Assembly: GCF_004010195.1 (NCBI RefSeq)
Contig: NC_057750.1
Span: 8,285,498 to 8,332,346, forward strand
DNA length: 46,849 nt
Origin: Chiloscyllium plagiosum
Lineage: Eukaryota
Direction: 5' to 3'
How positions within the stretch are numbered: position 1 is the stretch's first letter; the number at the start of each line of letters is the position of its first letter. The notes under the pieces were generated by a model that saw only the letters and a list, made by a program, of their open reading frames with translations, was not told the DNA's origin and searched no databases. The position numbers were made by a program, and so were the translations under genes. This document shows positions 35,890 through 46,849 of the stretch, in pieces.

Positions 35890-36490
35890 CCACCCAGGGA
35901 AAAGACCTTAGCCATTCACCCTATCCATGCCCCTCATGATTTTATAAATCTCTGGAAGGTCACCCCTCAGCCTCCAACCCTCCAGGGAAAACAGCACCAG
36001 CCTATTCAGCCTCTGCTTATAGCTCACACCCTCCAACCCAGCAATATTCTTGTAAATCTTTTCTGAACCCTTTCAAGTTTTGCAACATCTTTCCTAAAGC
36101 AGAGAGACCAGAATTGCACGCAGTGTTCTAAAAGTGGCTGAATCAATATCCCGTAGAGCTGCAACATAATCTGCCATCTGCTATACTCAATGCACTGACC
36201 AATAAAGACAAGCATACCAAACACCTCCTTCACTACCCTGTCTACCTGCAAGTCCATCTTCAAGGTGCACTCCAAGGACCTTACCATTAAATGTTTGAGT
36301 CCTGCCCTGATTTGCCTTTCCAAAATGCAGCACCTCACATGTATTGAAATTAAACTCCATCTGGCACTCCTCGGCATACTTGCCCATCTGATCAAGTTCC
36401 CGTTGTACTCCAAGGTAACCTTCTTGGCTGTCCACTACACCACCAATTTTGGTGTCATCAGCAAACCTACTAAGCATACCTCCTTTCAGT
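35890..36490 (-). mobile_element. CR1 LINE RT fragment
   Basis: Encodes RFADDTKIGG...MEFN...CEVLHFGK and LEHCVQFWS. Confidence 0.9.
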
Positions 36491-37094
36491 TTTACAAAAA
36501 GGCAGAATTTGAGAAAACTGTCAGTTATCAGACTCCCATTTTGGTCAAGGCAATGTACAACCAAGTGACAAAAGTCATCAGGCATTTAAATATAATTAAA
36601 TAGATCAATCTTTATGAAGTTAACATTTTGAGAACATGAGGTTTGCTGGGAATAAGTTTCAAAAACCAGTTACACACAGCAGAGATAATTTTTGGTTATT
36701 ATAATTTCCTTTAACAATATTAATAAGACTAATCCCAATTAATTACATTGTAAAGAAGTACAATTAGTGTTAGTACCTTATCCACTATCAAATTAACTCC
36801 TCCCCAAGGACTGTTAGCTGATGTGTTAAGGGTTTTTATACATTTCCAATAATTATTCTTATGGTTAGGATTAAGTCAGGAGGGGTGAACTCTACCACTG
36901 AGCTGTTGACTACAGAGCTTGAGTTTAAAAAGGAGGTGATTTTGGCAATTTAATTAATAAATAGTTCTCTGCGTACTTCCTACATCAAATGATACATGAA
37001 GGGAAGTCCTATGGCAGTGGTAGAGTTGGAGGTGTGGCAGTTACTGCTGCCTCAGAGCTCGGGCACCCCAACATTTCAGCTGGCGACTTGGTTT

Positions 37095-38145
37095 GGGATC
37101 CCAACCAAATCTCAAATCTCTGAGATCCAGGTCTTGGCTCCACCCTCTGCAACTGGATCCTCTCATGCCTGACCCACAGACTGCAATCAGTGAACATAGA
37201 CAACTGCACCTCCTCCACGATAACCCTCAACACTGGAGCACTTCAATGATGCGTTCTCAGCTCTGTACTCTACTACCCTGTACACCCATGAATGTGTAGC
37301 CAAACTCTGAACAAATGTCCTCTACAAGTTTGCTGACAGCACCACTGTGGTAGGAGGGATATTGAACAATGATGAGTCCAAATACAGCAAGGAGATAGAG
37401 AGCTTGGTGACCTGGTGCAATGAGAACAACCCCTCTCTCAATGTTGGCAAAACAAAAAAACTTACCATTGACTTAAGGAAGAGAGGAGGAGGACACGCCA
37501 CTCCTCTACATCAATGGAGCTGAGGTGGAGAGGTTCGAGAGTGTCACGTTCCTTGGAGTGACAATAACCAACTTTACATGTAGATGCAACAACCAAGAAA
37601 GGACAACAACGCCTCCTCTTTCTCAGGTGGATCAGGAAATTCGGCATGTCCATAACAACCCTCACCAACTTTTACAGATCCACCTAGAAAGCATAACATC
37701 CTGGTACAGAAACTGCTCTGCCCAGAACCGTAAGAAACTACAGAAGGTGGTGTGCACAGCCCAGACCACCACAGAAGCCAACCTCCCATCCATAGACTTC
37801 ATTTACATTTCTCGTTGCTGTGGAAAGGCTGCCAATATCATCAAAGACTCTGAACAATGCTCTCTGATAACCTCTTCCTTCAGGCAGAAGATACAGAAAC
37901 TTGACGAAACACACCAAGACATTCAAGAACAGCTCCTTCCCTGCCGTTATTAGACTGACAGTTGGACTCTCTAACTTCAAATAATGTTGATCTTGCCGAG
38001 CGCACCTCCTGTGCAGTGTAACCTGTATGTGTCACTTTGTCTGAGCACTTATTATCTTCGTTCTTGTTTGCTATGATCTGCTCGAAAAACAAAGTTTTTC
38101 ACTGTACTTAGGTACATGTAACTACAATAAATCAAATCAAATCAA
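37095..38145 (+). mobile_element. Rex1/Babar-type LINE RT 3' half (decayed)
   Basis: YKFADSTTVVG (FADD-like), ESVTFLGVTI, ESITSWYRNC and FKNSSFP motifs; tail aataaatcaaatcaaatcaa. Confidence 0.85.
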
Positions 38146-38214
38146 CCCTCTATTTTGGGAAGCCCAGGTCCAGAAGCTGTCCCCAGCTGAAGGTTCACCG
38201 TCTCTGCAGGAACA

Positions 38215-41200
38215 GTTATAGAGTTATACAGTCATAGAGATGTGCAACACAGAAACAGACCTTTCAGTCCAATTCGTCCATGCCAACCAGATATCCTAAC
38301 CTAATCTAGTCCCATTTGCCAGCACTTGGCCCATATTCCTCGAAACCCTTCCTATTCATGTACCCATCCAGATGCCTTTTAAACACTGTAATTGTACCAG
38401 CCTCTACCACTTCCTCTGGCAGCTCATTGCATACATGCACCACCCTCTGCGTGAAAATGTTGCCTCTTCGGTCTCTTTTATACCTTTCCACTCTCATCCT
38501 AAACCTGTGCCCCTTGGTTTTGGACTCGCCCGCTTCAGGGAAAAGACCTTGTCCATTTATCTTATCCATGCCCCTCATGATTTTATAAATCTCTATAAGG
38601 TCATCCCTCAGCCTCCAACTCTACAGGGAAAACAGCCTTAGCCTATTCAGCCTCTACCTGTAGCTCAAATCCTCCAACCCTGGCAAGATCCTTGTAAATC
38701 TTTGCTGAACCCTTTCAAATTTCACAACATCCTTCCAATAGGATGGAGACCAGAATTGTACACTATTCCAAAAATGGCCTAACCAATGTCCTGTACAGCC
38801 ACAATACCTCCCAACTCCTGTACTCAATGCTCTGACCAATAAAGGAAAGTATACCAAACTCTTTCTTCACTATCCTATCTACCTGCAACTCTACTTTCAA
38901 GGAACTACGAACCTGCACTCCAAGGTCTCTATGTTAAGCAACACTCCCCAGGACCTTACCATTAAGTATACAAGTCTTGCTAAGATTTGCTTTTCCAAAA
39001 TGCAGTACCTCACATTTATCTAAATTAAACTCCATCTGCAACTCCTCAGCTCATTGGCCCAAGTGATCAAGATCCTTTTGTATTCTGAGGTAACCTTCTT
39101 TGCTGTCCACTACACCTCCAATTTTGGTGTCATCTGCAAACTTACTAACTATACCTCATGTGTTCACATCCAAATCATTTATATAAATGACAAAAAGTAG
39201 TGGACCCAGCATCGATTCCTGTGACACTCCACTGGTCACAGCTTCCAGTCTGAAAAGCAACCCTACACCACCACCTTCTATCTTCTACCTTCAAGCCAGT
39301 TCTGTATCCAAATGGCTAGTTCTCCCTGTATTCCATGAGAACTAACCTTGCTAACCAGTCTTCCAAGACGAACCTTGTTAAACGCATCGATTCCTGTGAC
39401 ACTCCACTGGTCACAGGCCTCCAGTCTGAAAAGCAACCCTACACCACCACCTTCTGTCTTCTACCTTCAAGCCAGTTCTGTATCCAAATGGCTAGTTCTC
39501 CCTGTATTCCATGAGAACTAACCTTGCTAACCAGTCTTCCAAGACGAACCTTGTTAAACGCCTTACTGAAGTCCATATGGATCACGTCTGCCGCACTGCC
39601 CGCATCAATCCTCTTTGTTACTTCTTCCAAAAGCTCAATAAAGTTCGTGAGACATAATTTCCCACGTTGACAAGCCATGTTGACAATCCCTAATCAGTTC
39701 TTGCCTTTTCAAATACGTGTAAATCCTGTCCCACAGGATTCCCTCCAACAACTTGCCCACCACTGATGTCAGGCTCACCGGTCTATAGGTCTCTGGCTTG
39801 TCCTTACCACCTTTCTTAAATAGTGGTATCACGTTAGCCAACCTCCAGTCTTCCGGCACCTCACCTGTGAGTATCGATGATACAAATATCTCAGCAAGGG
39901 GCCCAGTAATCACTTCCCTAGCTTCCCTCAGAGTTCTAGGGTATATCTGATCGGGTCTGGGGATTTATCCACTTTTATGCGTTTCAAGACATCCAGCACC
40001 TCTTCCTCCATAATATGGACATTTTTCAAGATGTCACAATCTATTTCCCCACATTCTATTTCTTCCATGTCCTTTCCAGTAAATACTGATGCAAAATACT
40101 CATTTAGTATCGTCCCCATCTCCTGCAGCTCCATACAGAGGCTGCCTTGCTGATCTTTGAGGGGCCATATTGTCTCCCTAGTTACCCTTTTGACTTTAAA
40201 TGTATTTATAAAATCCCTTTGAACTCTCCTTAACCCTATTTGCCAAAGTTATCTCATGTCCCTTTTTGCCCTAGGAGTAAGTATATTCCTAATGCCTTTA
40301 TACTCTGACATATGCTTCCTTCCTTTCCTTTCACCCTAACAGGAATATACTGTCTCTGGACTCTTGTTGTCTCATTTTTGAAGGCTTCCCATTTTCCAGC
40401 CGTCCCTTTACCTGCGACATCTGCCCAAATCAGCTTTTGAAAGTACTTGCCTAATATCATCAAAATTAGCCTTCTTCCAATTTAGAACTTCAACTTTTAG
40501 ATCTTGTCTATCCTTTTCCATCACTATTTTAAAACTAACACAATTATGGTTGCTGGCCCCAAAGTGCTCCCCCACTGACACCTCAGTCACCTGCCCTGCC
40601 TTATTTCCCAAGAGTAGATCAAGTTTTGCATCTTCTCTCGTAGGTACATCCACATACTGAATCAGAAAATTTTCTTGTACACCTTAAAACATTCCTCTCC
40701 ATCTAAACCCTTATCACTATGACAGACCCAGTCTATGTTTGGAAAGTTAAAATCCCCAACCATAACCACCCTATTATTCTTACAGATAACTGAAATCTCC
40801 TTGCAAATTTGTTTCTCAATTTCCCGCTGACTATTAGGGAATCTATAATACAATCCCAATAAGGTGATCATCCCTTTCTTATTTCTCAGTTCCACCCAAA
40901 TAATTTCCCTGGATGCATTTCCAGGAATATCCTCCCTCAGTACAGCTGTAAAGCTATCCCTTATCAAAAATGCCACTCCCCCTCCTCTCTTGCCCCCCTT
41001 TTTATCCTTCCTAAAGCATTTGTATCTGGAGCATGAAGCTGCCAGTCCTGTCTATCCCTGAGCCACATTTCTGAAATTGCTATGATATCCCAGTCCCATG
41101 TTTCTAACCATGCCCTGAGTTCATCTGGCTTCCCTGTTAGGCCTCTTGCATTGAAGTAAATGCAGTTTAATTTATCAGTCCTACCTTGTTCTCTGTTTTG

Positions 41201-41920
41201 TTCCTGCCTGCCCTGAGTGTTTGATTTGCTCCTTTTCACAACTGTACTGGTCTCAGATTAATTTCTTTCCTCACTATTTCACTGGGTCCCACCATCCCCC
41301 CCCCTCCAACTTACTAGTTTAAATCCTCCCGATCAACTCTAGCAAATCTCCCTGCCATTATATTAGTCCCCTCCCAATTCAAATGCAATCCATCCTTCTT
41401 GTACAGGTCACTTCTACCCCAGAAAAGATTCGAATGATACAAAACTGTGAACCTTCTCCCCTGCACCAGCTCTTCATCTGCTCTATCCTCTTATTCCTAC
41501 CCTCACCAGCTCGTAACACCAGGAGTAATCCAGATATTACTACCCTTGAGGACCTCATTTTTAAATTCCTGCCTTACTTGCTATATTCTCCCTTCAGAAT
41601 CTCATCCTTTTCCCTTCTCACATTGTTAGTTCCAATGTGTACTTCCTGCTGGTCCCTCTCCCCTTTGAGAACATTCTGCAGCCTCTCTGAGATATCCTTG
41701 ATCCTGGCACCAGGGAGGCAATGCACCATTCTGACTTTTCGCTGCTGGCTGCAGAAACGTCTGTCTGTGCCTCTGACTAGAGAGTCCCCTATCACAATCG
41801 ATCACTTGGAACCCGACATACTCCTCCTTAGATTAGAGCCAGTCTTGATACCAGAAACTTGGCTTTTCGTGCTACAGTCCCCTGAGAATCCATCACCCCC
41901 CATATTTTCCAAAACAGGTC
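38215..41920 (-). mobile_element. Near full-length CR1 LINE (partial ORF1 esterase + ORF2 APE/RT), frameshifted
   Basis: ORF1 IGDSLVRGTDRRFC...CLPGARIKD (SGNH/GDSL-type); ORF2 CIYFNARGL, VGDFNFPNIDW, LDLLLGN, PEDWRLANVIPLFKKG, MDFSKAFNKV; intact 3' UTR and tail. Confidence 0.95.
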
Positions 41921-42362
41921 ATGCAAATGTAAAATAACTATTGTATTTTGAAGGGGCAGTGACAGAGAGAACTGTGAGATATAGATCACATGAAGCTCTC
42001 ACAGCTTCATACCCATCCTTGACGTTCCTACAAGATAAAGTACGAATCCTTGAAAGAGGGGGTGAACTGACTAGTTCTGATTCAGTCTAGTGATTCTGAG
42101 GATGGGGATGAAACACCATGGTTGAGACCTCTAGGGTTAGGGAGGAAATGGCATGGGAAAATGAAGTTGGCTAGTAGAGTGTAAAGTGGAAAATTGCGAA
42201 GTTGGTCATTTTGGAAAGGTAAACAAAAGAACAGGTTATTATTTAAATAGAGAGAAATTGCAGAAAGTTGCAACACGAAGGGACTTATAGAAAATTGTGC
42301 ATGAAATACAGAAAGCTGGCACACAGTGCAGCAGGTAGTCAGGAAGGCCAATGGAATATAGA

Positions 42363-42517
42363 GGAGAAAGTGAGGTCTGCAGACGCTGGAGATCAAAGCT
42401 GAAACTTTATTGCTGGAACAGCACAGCAGGTCAGGCAGCATCTAGGGAACAGAAGATTCGACGTTTCGGGCACATGCCTGAAGAAGGGCATGTGCTGTTC
42501 CAGCAATAAAGTTTCAG
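42363..42517. mobile_element. PLE-derived fold-back insertion
   Basis: Inverts at hammerhead stem II (tttcgggcacatgcc/tgaagaagggcatgtgc); TSD caatggaatataga at 42349-42362 and 42518-42531. Confidence 0.82.
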
Positions 42518-42598
42518 CAATGGAATATAGACCCTTGTTTCAAGGGCATTGAAGTATAAGAGTAGGGAAGTCTTACTGCAGCTGCACAAGGTGCTGGT

Positions 42599-42720
42599 AG
42601 AAGGGCTAATGCCCGAAACGTCGATTCTCCTGTTCCCTAGATGCTGCCTGACCTGCTGCGCTTCTCCAGCAACACATTTCCATCTCTGATCTCCAGCATC
42701 TGCAGACCTCATTTTCTCTT
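42599..42720 (+). mobile_element. PLE-derived insertion beginning inside the hammerhead
   Basis: agaAGGGC(TAAT)GCCC-GAAAC-GTC-gattc followed by ...ccagcatctgcagacctcattttctc. Confidence 0.8.
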
Positions 42721-42974
42721 CAATGCCTTAGTCCAAGGTCGAGCATTTGTTTTCTGTCCAGTCTGAGAACCAGTCTGAGAATCTACTTCATCTTACCCTT
42801 CATATGCTGACCTCAGAACAGAAGATTCGACGTTTCGGGCACATGCCTGAAGAAGGGCATGTGCTGTTCCAGCAATAAAGTTTCAGCAATGGAATATAGA
42901 CCCTTGTTTCAAGGGCATTGAAGTATAAGAGTAGGGAAGTCTTACTGCAGCTGCACAAGGTGCTGGTGAGACCA

Positions 42975-43250
42975 TGTCATAGAGTCAATTAGTATGGAAA
43001 TAGACTCTTTGGTCAAACCAGTCCATGCCAAACAAAATCCCAAGCCAAACCAATCCCACCTGCCTGCTCCCTGTCCATATTCCTCCAAATCTTTCCTATT
43101 CATGTACGTATCGAAATGTCTTTTAAAAGTTGTAATTGTACCATATCCACCACTCCATCAGGAAGTTCATTCCACACGCGAACCATCCTCTGAGTAAAAT
43201 AAATTTGCTCCCATGCCTTTTTAAAATCTTTCTCCTCTCACCTTAAATAT
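42975..43250 (-). mobile_element. CR1 3' end nested in an older CR1
   Basis: gtcatagagtc tail and the antisense of WNELP/FKRH. Confidence 0.8.
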
Positions 43251-43799
43251 TTGGAATATTGTGAGCAGTTTTGGTCCCCTTATTCATGGAAAGATATCAT
43301 TTCAATGGAGTCAGTTCAGAAAGGGTTCACTGATTTGGCAGGATTATCTTACGAGCAAAGGCTAAAGAGTTAGGACTTTATTCACTGGAGTTTAGAAGAA
43401 TGAGACGTGATCTCATTGAAACATATCAGATTCTTAAGGATCAGAGGGCATAATCTCAGAATAAAGGGGCACCAATTTAAGACTGAAATGAGGAGAAATT
43501 TCTTCTCTTGGAGTATTGAGAGTCTTTGAAACTCCTTGTCACAGAGAGCTGTGGGGAGGAGGGGTGGGGGGGGGGGGGAAGAGTCCTTGTGTATATTTAA
43601 GGCTGGGAGGGATTCTTGAAGGCTTACGGCGGGGGGCAGTGATTGGCCTAGACTTGTTTCTATTTCTTATAGTCAAAGTTGTGCCAAAGTCTACCCCTCA
43701 ACATTTAGCCAAAATAAACCAATTCTCTGTACCACTGAAGTCAACTTTGTCCTCCTGTATACCTGCTTGATGGAATCCGAAAGCTGTAGACTAGTTAAC

Positions 43800-45165
43800 T
43801 CTGTGGGAAGCTAGAGAAGTGATTTCTGGGCCTCTTGCTGAGACACTTGTATCATCGATAGTCACAGGTGAGATGCCGGAAGACTGGAGGTTGGCAAACA
43901 TGGTGCCACTGTTTAAGAAGGGTGTTAAGGACAAGCCAGGGAACTATAGACCAGTGAGCCTGACCTCGGTGGTGGGCAAGTTGTTGGAGGGAATCCTGAG
44001 GGACAGGATGTGCATGTATTTGGAAAGGCAAGGACTGATTAGGGATAGTCAACATGGCTTTGTGTGTAGGAAATCATGTCCCACAAACTCGATTGAGTTT
44101 TTTGATGAAGGAACAAAGAAGATTGATGAGGGCAGAGCAGTAGATGTGATCTATATGGACTTCAGTAAGGCGTTCGACAAGGTTCCCCATGGGAGACTGA
44201 TTAACAAGGTTAGATCTCATGGAATACANNNNNNNNNNNNNNNNNNNNNNNNNNNNNNNNNNNNNNNNNNNNNNNNNNNNNNNNNNNNNNNNNNNNNNNN
44301 NNNNNNNNNNNNNNNNNNNNNNNNNNNNNNNNNNNNNNNNNNNNNNNNNNNNNNNNNNNNNNNNNNNNNNNNNNNNNNNNNNNNNNNNNNNNNNNNNNNN
44401 NNNNNNNNNNNNNNNNNNNNNNNNNNNNNNNNNNNNNNNNNNNNNNNNNNNNNNNNNNNNNNNNNNNNNNNNNNNNNNNNNNNNNNNNNNNNNNNNNNNN
44501 NNNNNNNNNNNNNNNNNNNNNNNNNNNNNNNNNNNNNNNNNNNNNNNNNNNNNNNNNNNNNNNNNNNNNNNNNNNNNNNNNNNNNNNNNNNNNNNNNNNN
44601 NNNNNNNNNNNNNNNNNNNNNNNNNNNNNNNNNNNNNNNNNNNNNNNNNNNNNNNNNNNNNNNNNNNNNNNNNNNNNNNNNNNNNNNNNNNNNNNNNNNN
44701 NNNNNNNNNNNNNNNNNNNNNNNNNNNNNNNNNNNNNNNNNNNNNNNNNNNNNNNNNNNNNNNNNNNNNNNNNNNNNNNNNNNNNNNNNNNNNNNNNNTT
44801 ACAAAATTATGAGGGGCATGGATAGGATAAATAGACAAAGTCTTTTCCCTAGGGTCGGGGAGTCCAGAACTAGAGGGCATAGGTTTAGGGTGAGAGGGGA
44901 AAGATATAAAAGAGACCTAAGGGGCAACGTTTTCACGAAGAGGGTGGTACGTGTATGGAATGAACTGCCAGAGGATGTGGTGGAGGCTGGTACAATTGCA
45001 ACATTTAAGAGGCATTTGGATGGGTATATGAATAGGAAGGATTTGGAGGGAAATGGGCCGGGTGCTGGCAGATGGGACTAGATTGGGTTTGGATATCTGG
45101 TCGGCATGGACAGGTTGGACCGAAGGGTCTGTTTCCATGCTGTACATCTCTATGACTCTATGACT
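43800..45165 (+). mobile_element. Young CR1 LINE RT fragment spanning an assembly gap
   Basis: PEDWRLANMVPLFKKG...MDFSKAFDKVPH before the gap; YKIMRG...WNELP after it; tail tctatgactctatgact. Confidence 0.92.
44229..44798. other. Assembly gap (570 N)
   Basis: Run of N. Confidence 1.
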
Positions 45166-45749
45166 GTAGTGAAGGTGGATGTTCAGCTCGTGGGGACTTT
45201 TGGTTCCATTTGGGTTAATTTACGGGAGTGGGTTGGTGGGAGCCACATTCAATCCAATAATTCTGGCATTGAGGCTATGGGAGAGAGAACAGTTTTCAAT
45301 CCCACCAAAATGTTACTCATGTGGAATTTGATCTCTTGTCGAAAACTTTAGTCTTAGAAATATAGCTTTTAGATGAGTATATTCCATTTATATCCAGCTA
45401 ATGGTATCATGTATTATTATGCCCAGAGAACAATCTTTATAACATTATATTTTAGTTCAACTGAGGTGGATCTGTATCCCTGTAAGGCCACAGTGTTGAA
45501 TAGATGCCAAGTTGTCAAGCCTGAGGCACCTGCAACTCTAATCTTTGTTTGGGAGAGATTTTGCAGGGTTGAAATGTTCCTTGTCAGTTTTAGGCTGCAG
45601 GACAGGAGTGTTTCAAAGTCTTAGGGAGGGATGGGGGGAGGGAGTGGGTATTGGTGAGGGCAAGAGAGAGCCTGTCTCAGCACTATTTGGGATTTTGGAT
45701 TTTGAAGGATCAGCAACGTGAATTAGCAGTGGGATAGAATATGGGGTGA

Positions 45750-46260
45750 AACATAGAGAATAGAAGCAGGAATAGAGCATTTGACTCTTTGAGCTTGCTT
45801 CACTACTCACTGATCATTGAGCTCAACACCCTAATCCCACCCTCCCTCTATATCCCTTGATTCCTTTCCCCACAAGAGCTATACCTATGTCCTTCTTGAA
45901 AACACAATATTTTGGCATCAACTACTTTTTGTGTTGAGAATTTCACAGTATCATCACTCTCCGGGCGAAGAAAACTTTCCTTATCTTAGTCCTAAAAGGT
46001 TTACCCCTTATCCTTAAACTGTGGTTCCTGGTTCTGGACTTGCTAACCATTGGGAACATTTTTATGGTGTTTACCCTGCCTAGTACTGGTATAATTTTAT
46101 AGGTTTCTATGAGGCATCCCTTATTCTTATGAACTCCAGTGAATACAGTCTGGACCGACTCAATCTCTCCTGACACACCGATCCTGCCATCGTAGGAAAC
46201 ACTCTCTTGCAGCAAGAACTTCCTTCCTCTGATAAAGAGACCAAAACCTCTGATAATATT
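45750..46260 (-). mobile_element. Older CR1 3' fragment
   Basis: ORF 45943-46215 reads GCLIETYKII...SRTRNHSLRIRG...FFARRV. Confidence 0.8.
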
Positions 46261-46613
46261 CTAGGTAGAGTAGGACCATTATCACAGTTAGTCCTCTAGG
46301 CTGATAATGTCGTAAGGTCAGGGTGGAAGTGCTCTTTCACAGAAGCAAAAATCTGAAACACTCTCTTTTTCTGTCCCCATTCCCCACCAATAAAAAGACA
46401 TTTAAGGCTGTGGTGGTCAATTAAGTATTTCAAGGCTGAGATGGTTAGTTTTTTTTGTTAGTCAGGAGTATTAAGAATTAATGAATCAAAACAAGTAGAT
46501 TTAAAATACAGAACTCCCACTAATAGATGACAAATGACCATCTCTAAAAATTGCAAATCTAACCATCGCTACTTGACATTCAATTACATTAAGACAAGAC
46601 CATTCTTTTTGTA

Positions 46614-46849
46614 CAAGGTTTGGGAGAAGATTTGTAGCTCGGGTGCTCGTTGTTGTGGTTCTGTTCGTCGAGCTGGGAATTTGTGTTGCAGACATTTCGT
46701 CCCCTGTCTAGGTGACATCCTCAGTGCTTGGGAGCCTCCTGTGAAGCGCTTCTGTGATGTTTCCTCCGGCATTTATAATGATTTGTATCTGCTGCTTCCA
46801 GTTGTCAGTCCCAGCTGTCCGCTGCAGTGGCCGGTATATTGGGTCCAGG
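46614..46849 (-). mobile_element. Penelope-like element (Poseidon-like) 3' end, continuing beyond the window
   Basis: The minus strand at the window end reads LDPIYRPLQRTAG, like a PLE endonuclease C-terminus, followed by a hammerhead motif. Confidence 0.75.
46688..46727 (-). ncRNA. Type I hammerhead ribozyme motif
   Basis: GCA-CTGAGGA-T-GTCACCT(AGAC)AGGGGAC-GAAA-TGTC-TGC: stem I GCA/TGC, extended stem II and GUC triplet. Confidence 0.78.

Larger units (their letters stand above)
42150..43510 (+). mobile_element. Old CR1 RT fragment carrying nested insertions
   Basis: Encodes KCEVGHFGK-like, LYK..VRP, LEYCEQFWSP and RRMRRDLIETY segments separated by inserts. Confidence 0.7.

Noticed and set aside
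35777..35890. LTR start (tgttatggaccagacc...)
   Set aside because: Only about 110 bp before a CR1 fragment, with no second LTR, PBS or internal domain visible.
41383..41937. 184-aa plus-strand ORF
   Set aside because: Antisense shadow of CR1 ORF1.
43819..45081. 420-aa ORF and overlapping ORFs
   Set aside because: They read through 570 N; the flanks are ordinary CR1 RT.
1..46849. Strand bias of LINE insertions implying an enclosing gene
   Set aside because: CR1 fragments occur on both strands with only a mild minus excess, too weak to infer.

Overview
Repeat-dominated, CpG-depleted vertebrate DNA, almost certainly from a shark or ray, because six HE1/V-SINE-type tRNA SINEs sit alongside the CR1 LINE whose tail they share. 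No host protein-coding gene is recognisable; the ORFs in the track that I can recognise are decayed retrotransposon sequence or antisense shadows of it. The window holds many CR1 LINE fragments, one near full length at 38215-41920 with an ORF1 esterase plus APE/RT. It also holds Rex1/Babar-type LINEs, a Tx1-like 3' end, L2-like and Deu-domain SINE remnants, a 570-N assembly gap and about a dozen Penelope-like (PLE) insertions. The most striking signal is the PLE set. Most copies are short, often fold-back insertions carrying a minimal type I hammerhead ribozyme motif (CUGANGA-stemII-GAAAC-GUC/U), frequently with 11-15 bp target-site duplications, and with truncation or inversion breakpoints clustered at the ribozyme. 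Other oddities are a 51-bp minisatellite derived from CR1 RT sequence, a 50-bp retro-tail with a 75-bp flanking duplication, a 152-bp exact flanking duplication, a local duplication of a chimeric repeat block, a promoter-like island near 8.2-8.9 kb and several enhancer-like unique blocks. Family names come from recognised motifs, not database searches. Boundaries are approximate unless a TSD is cited.
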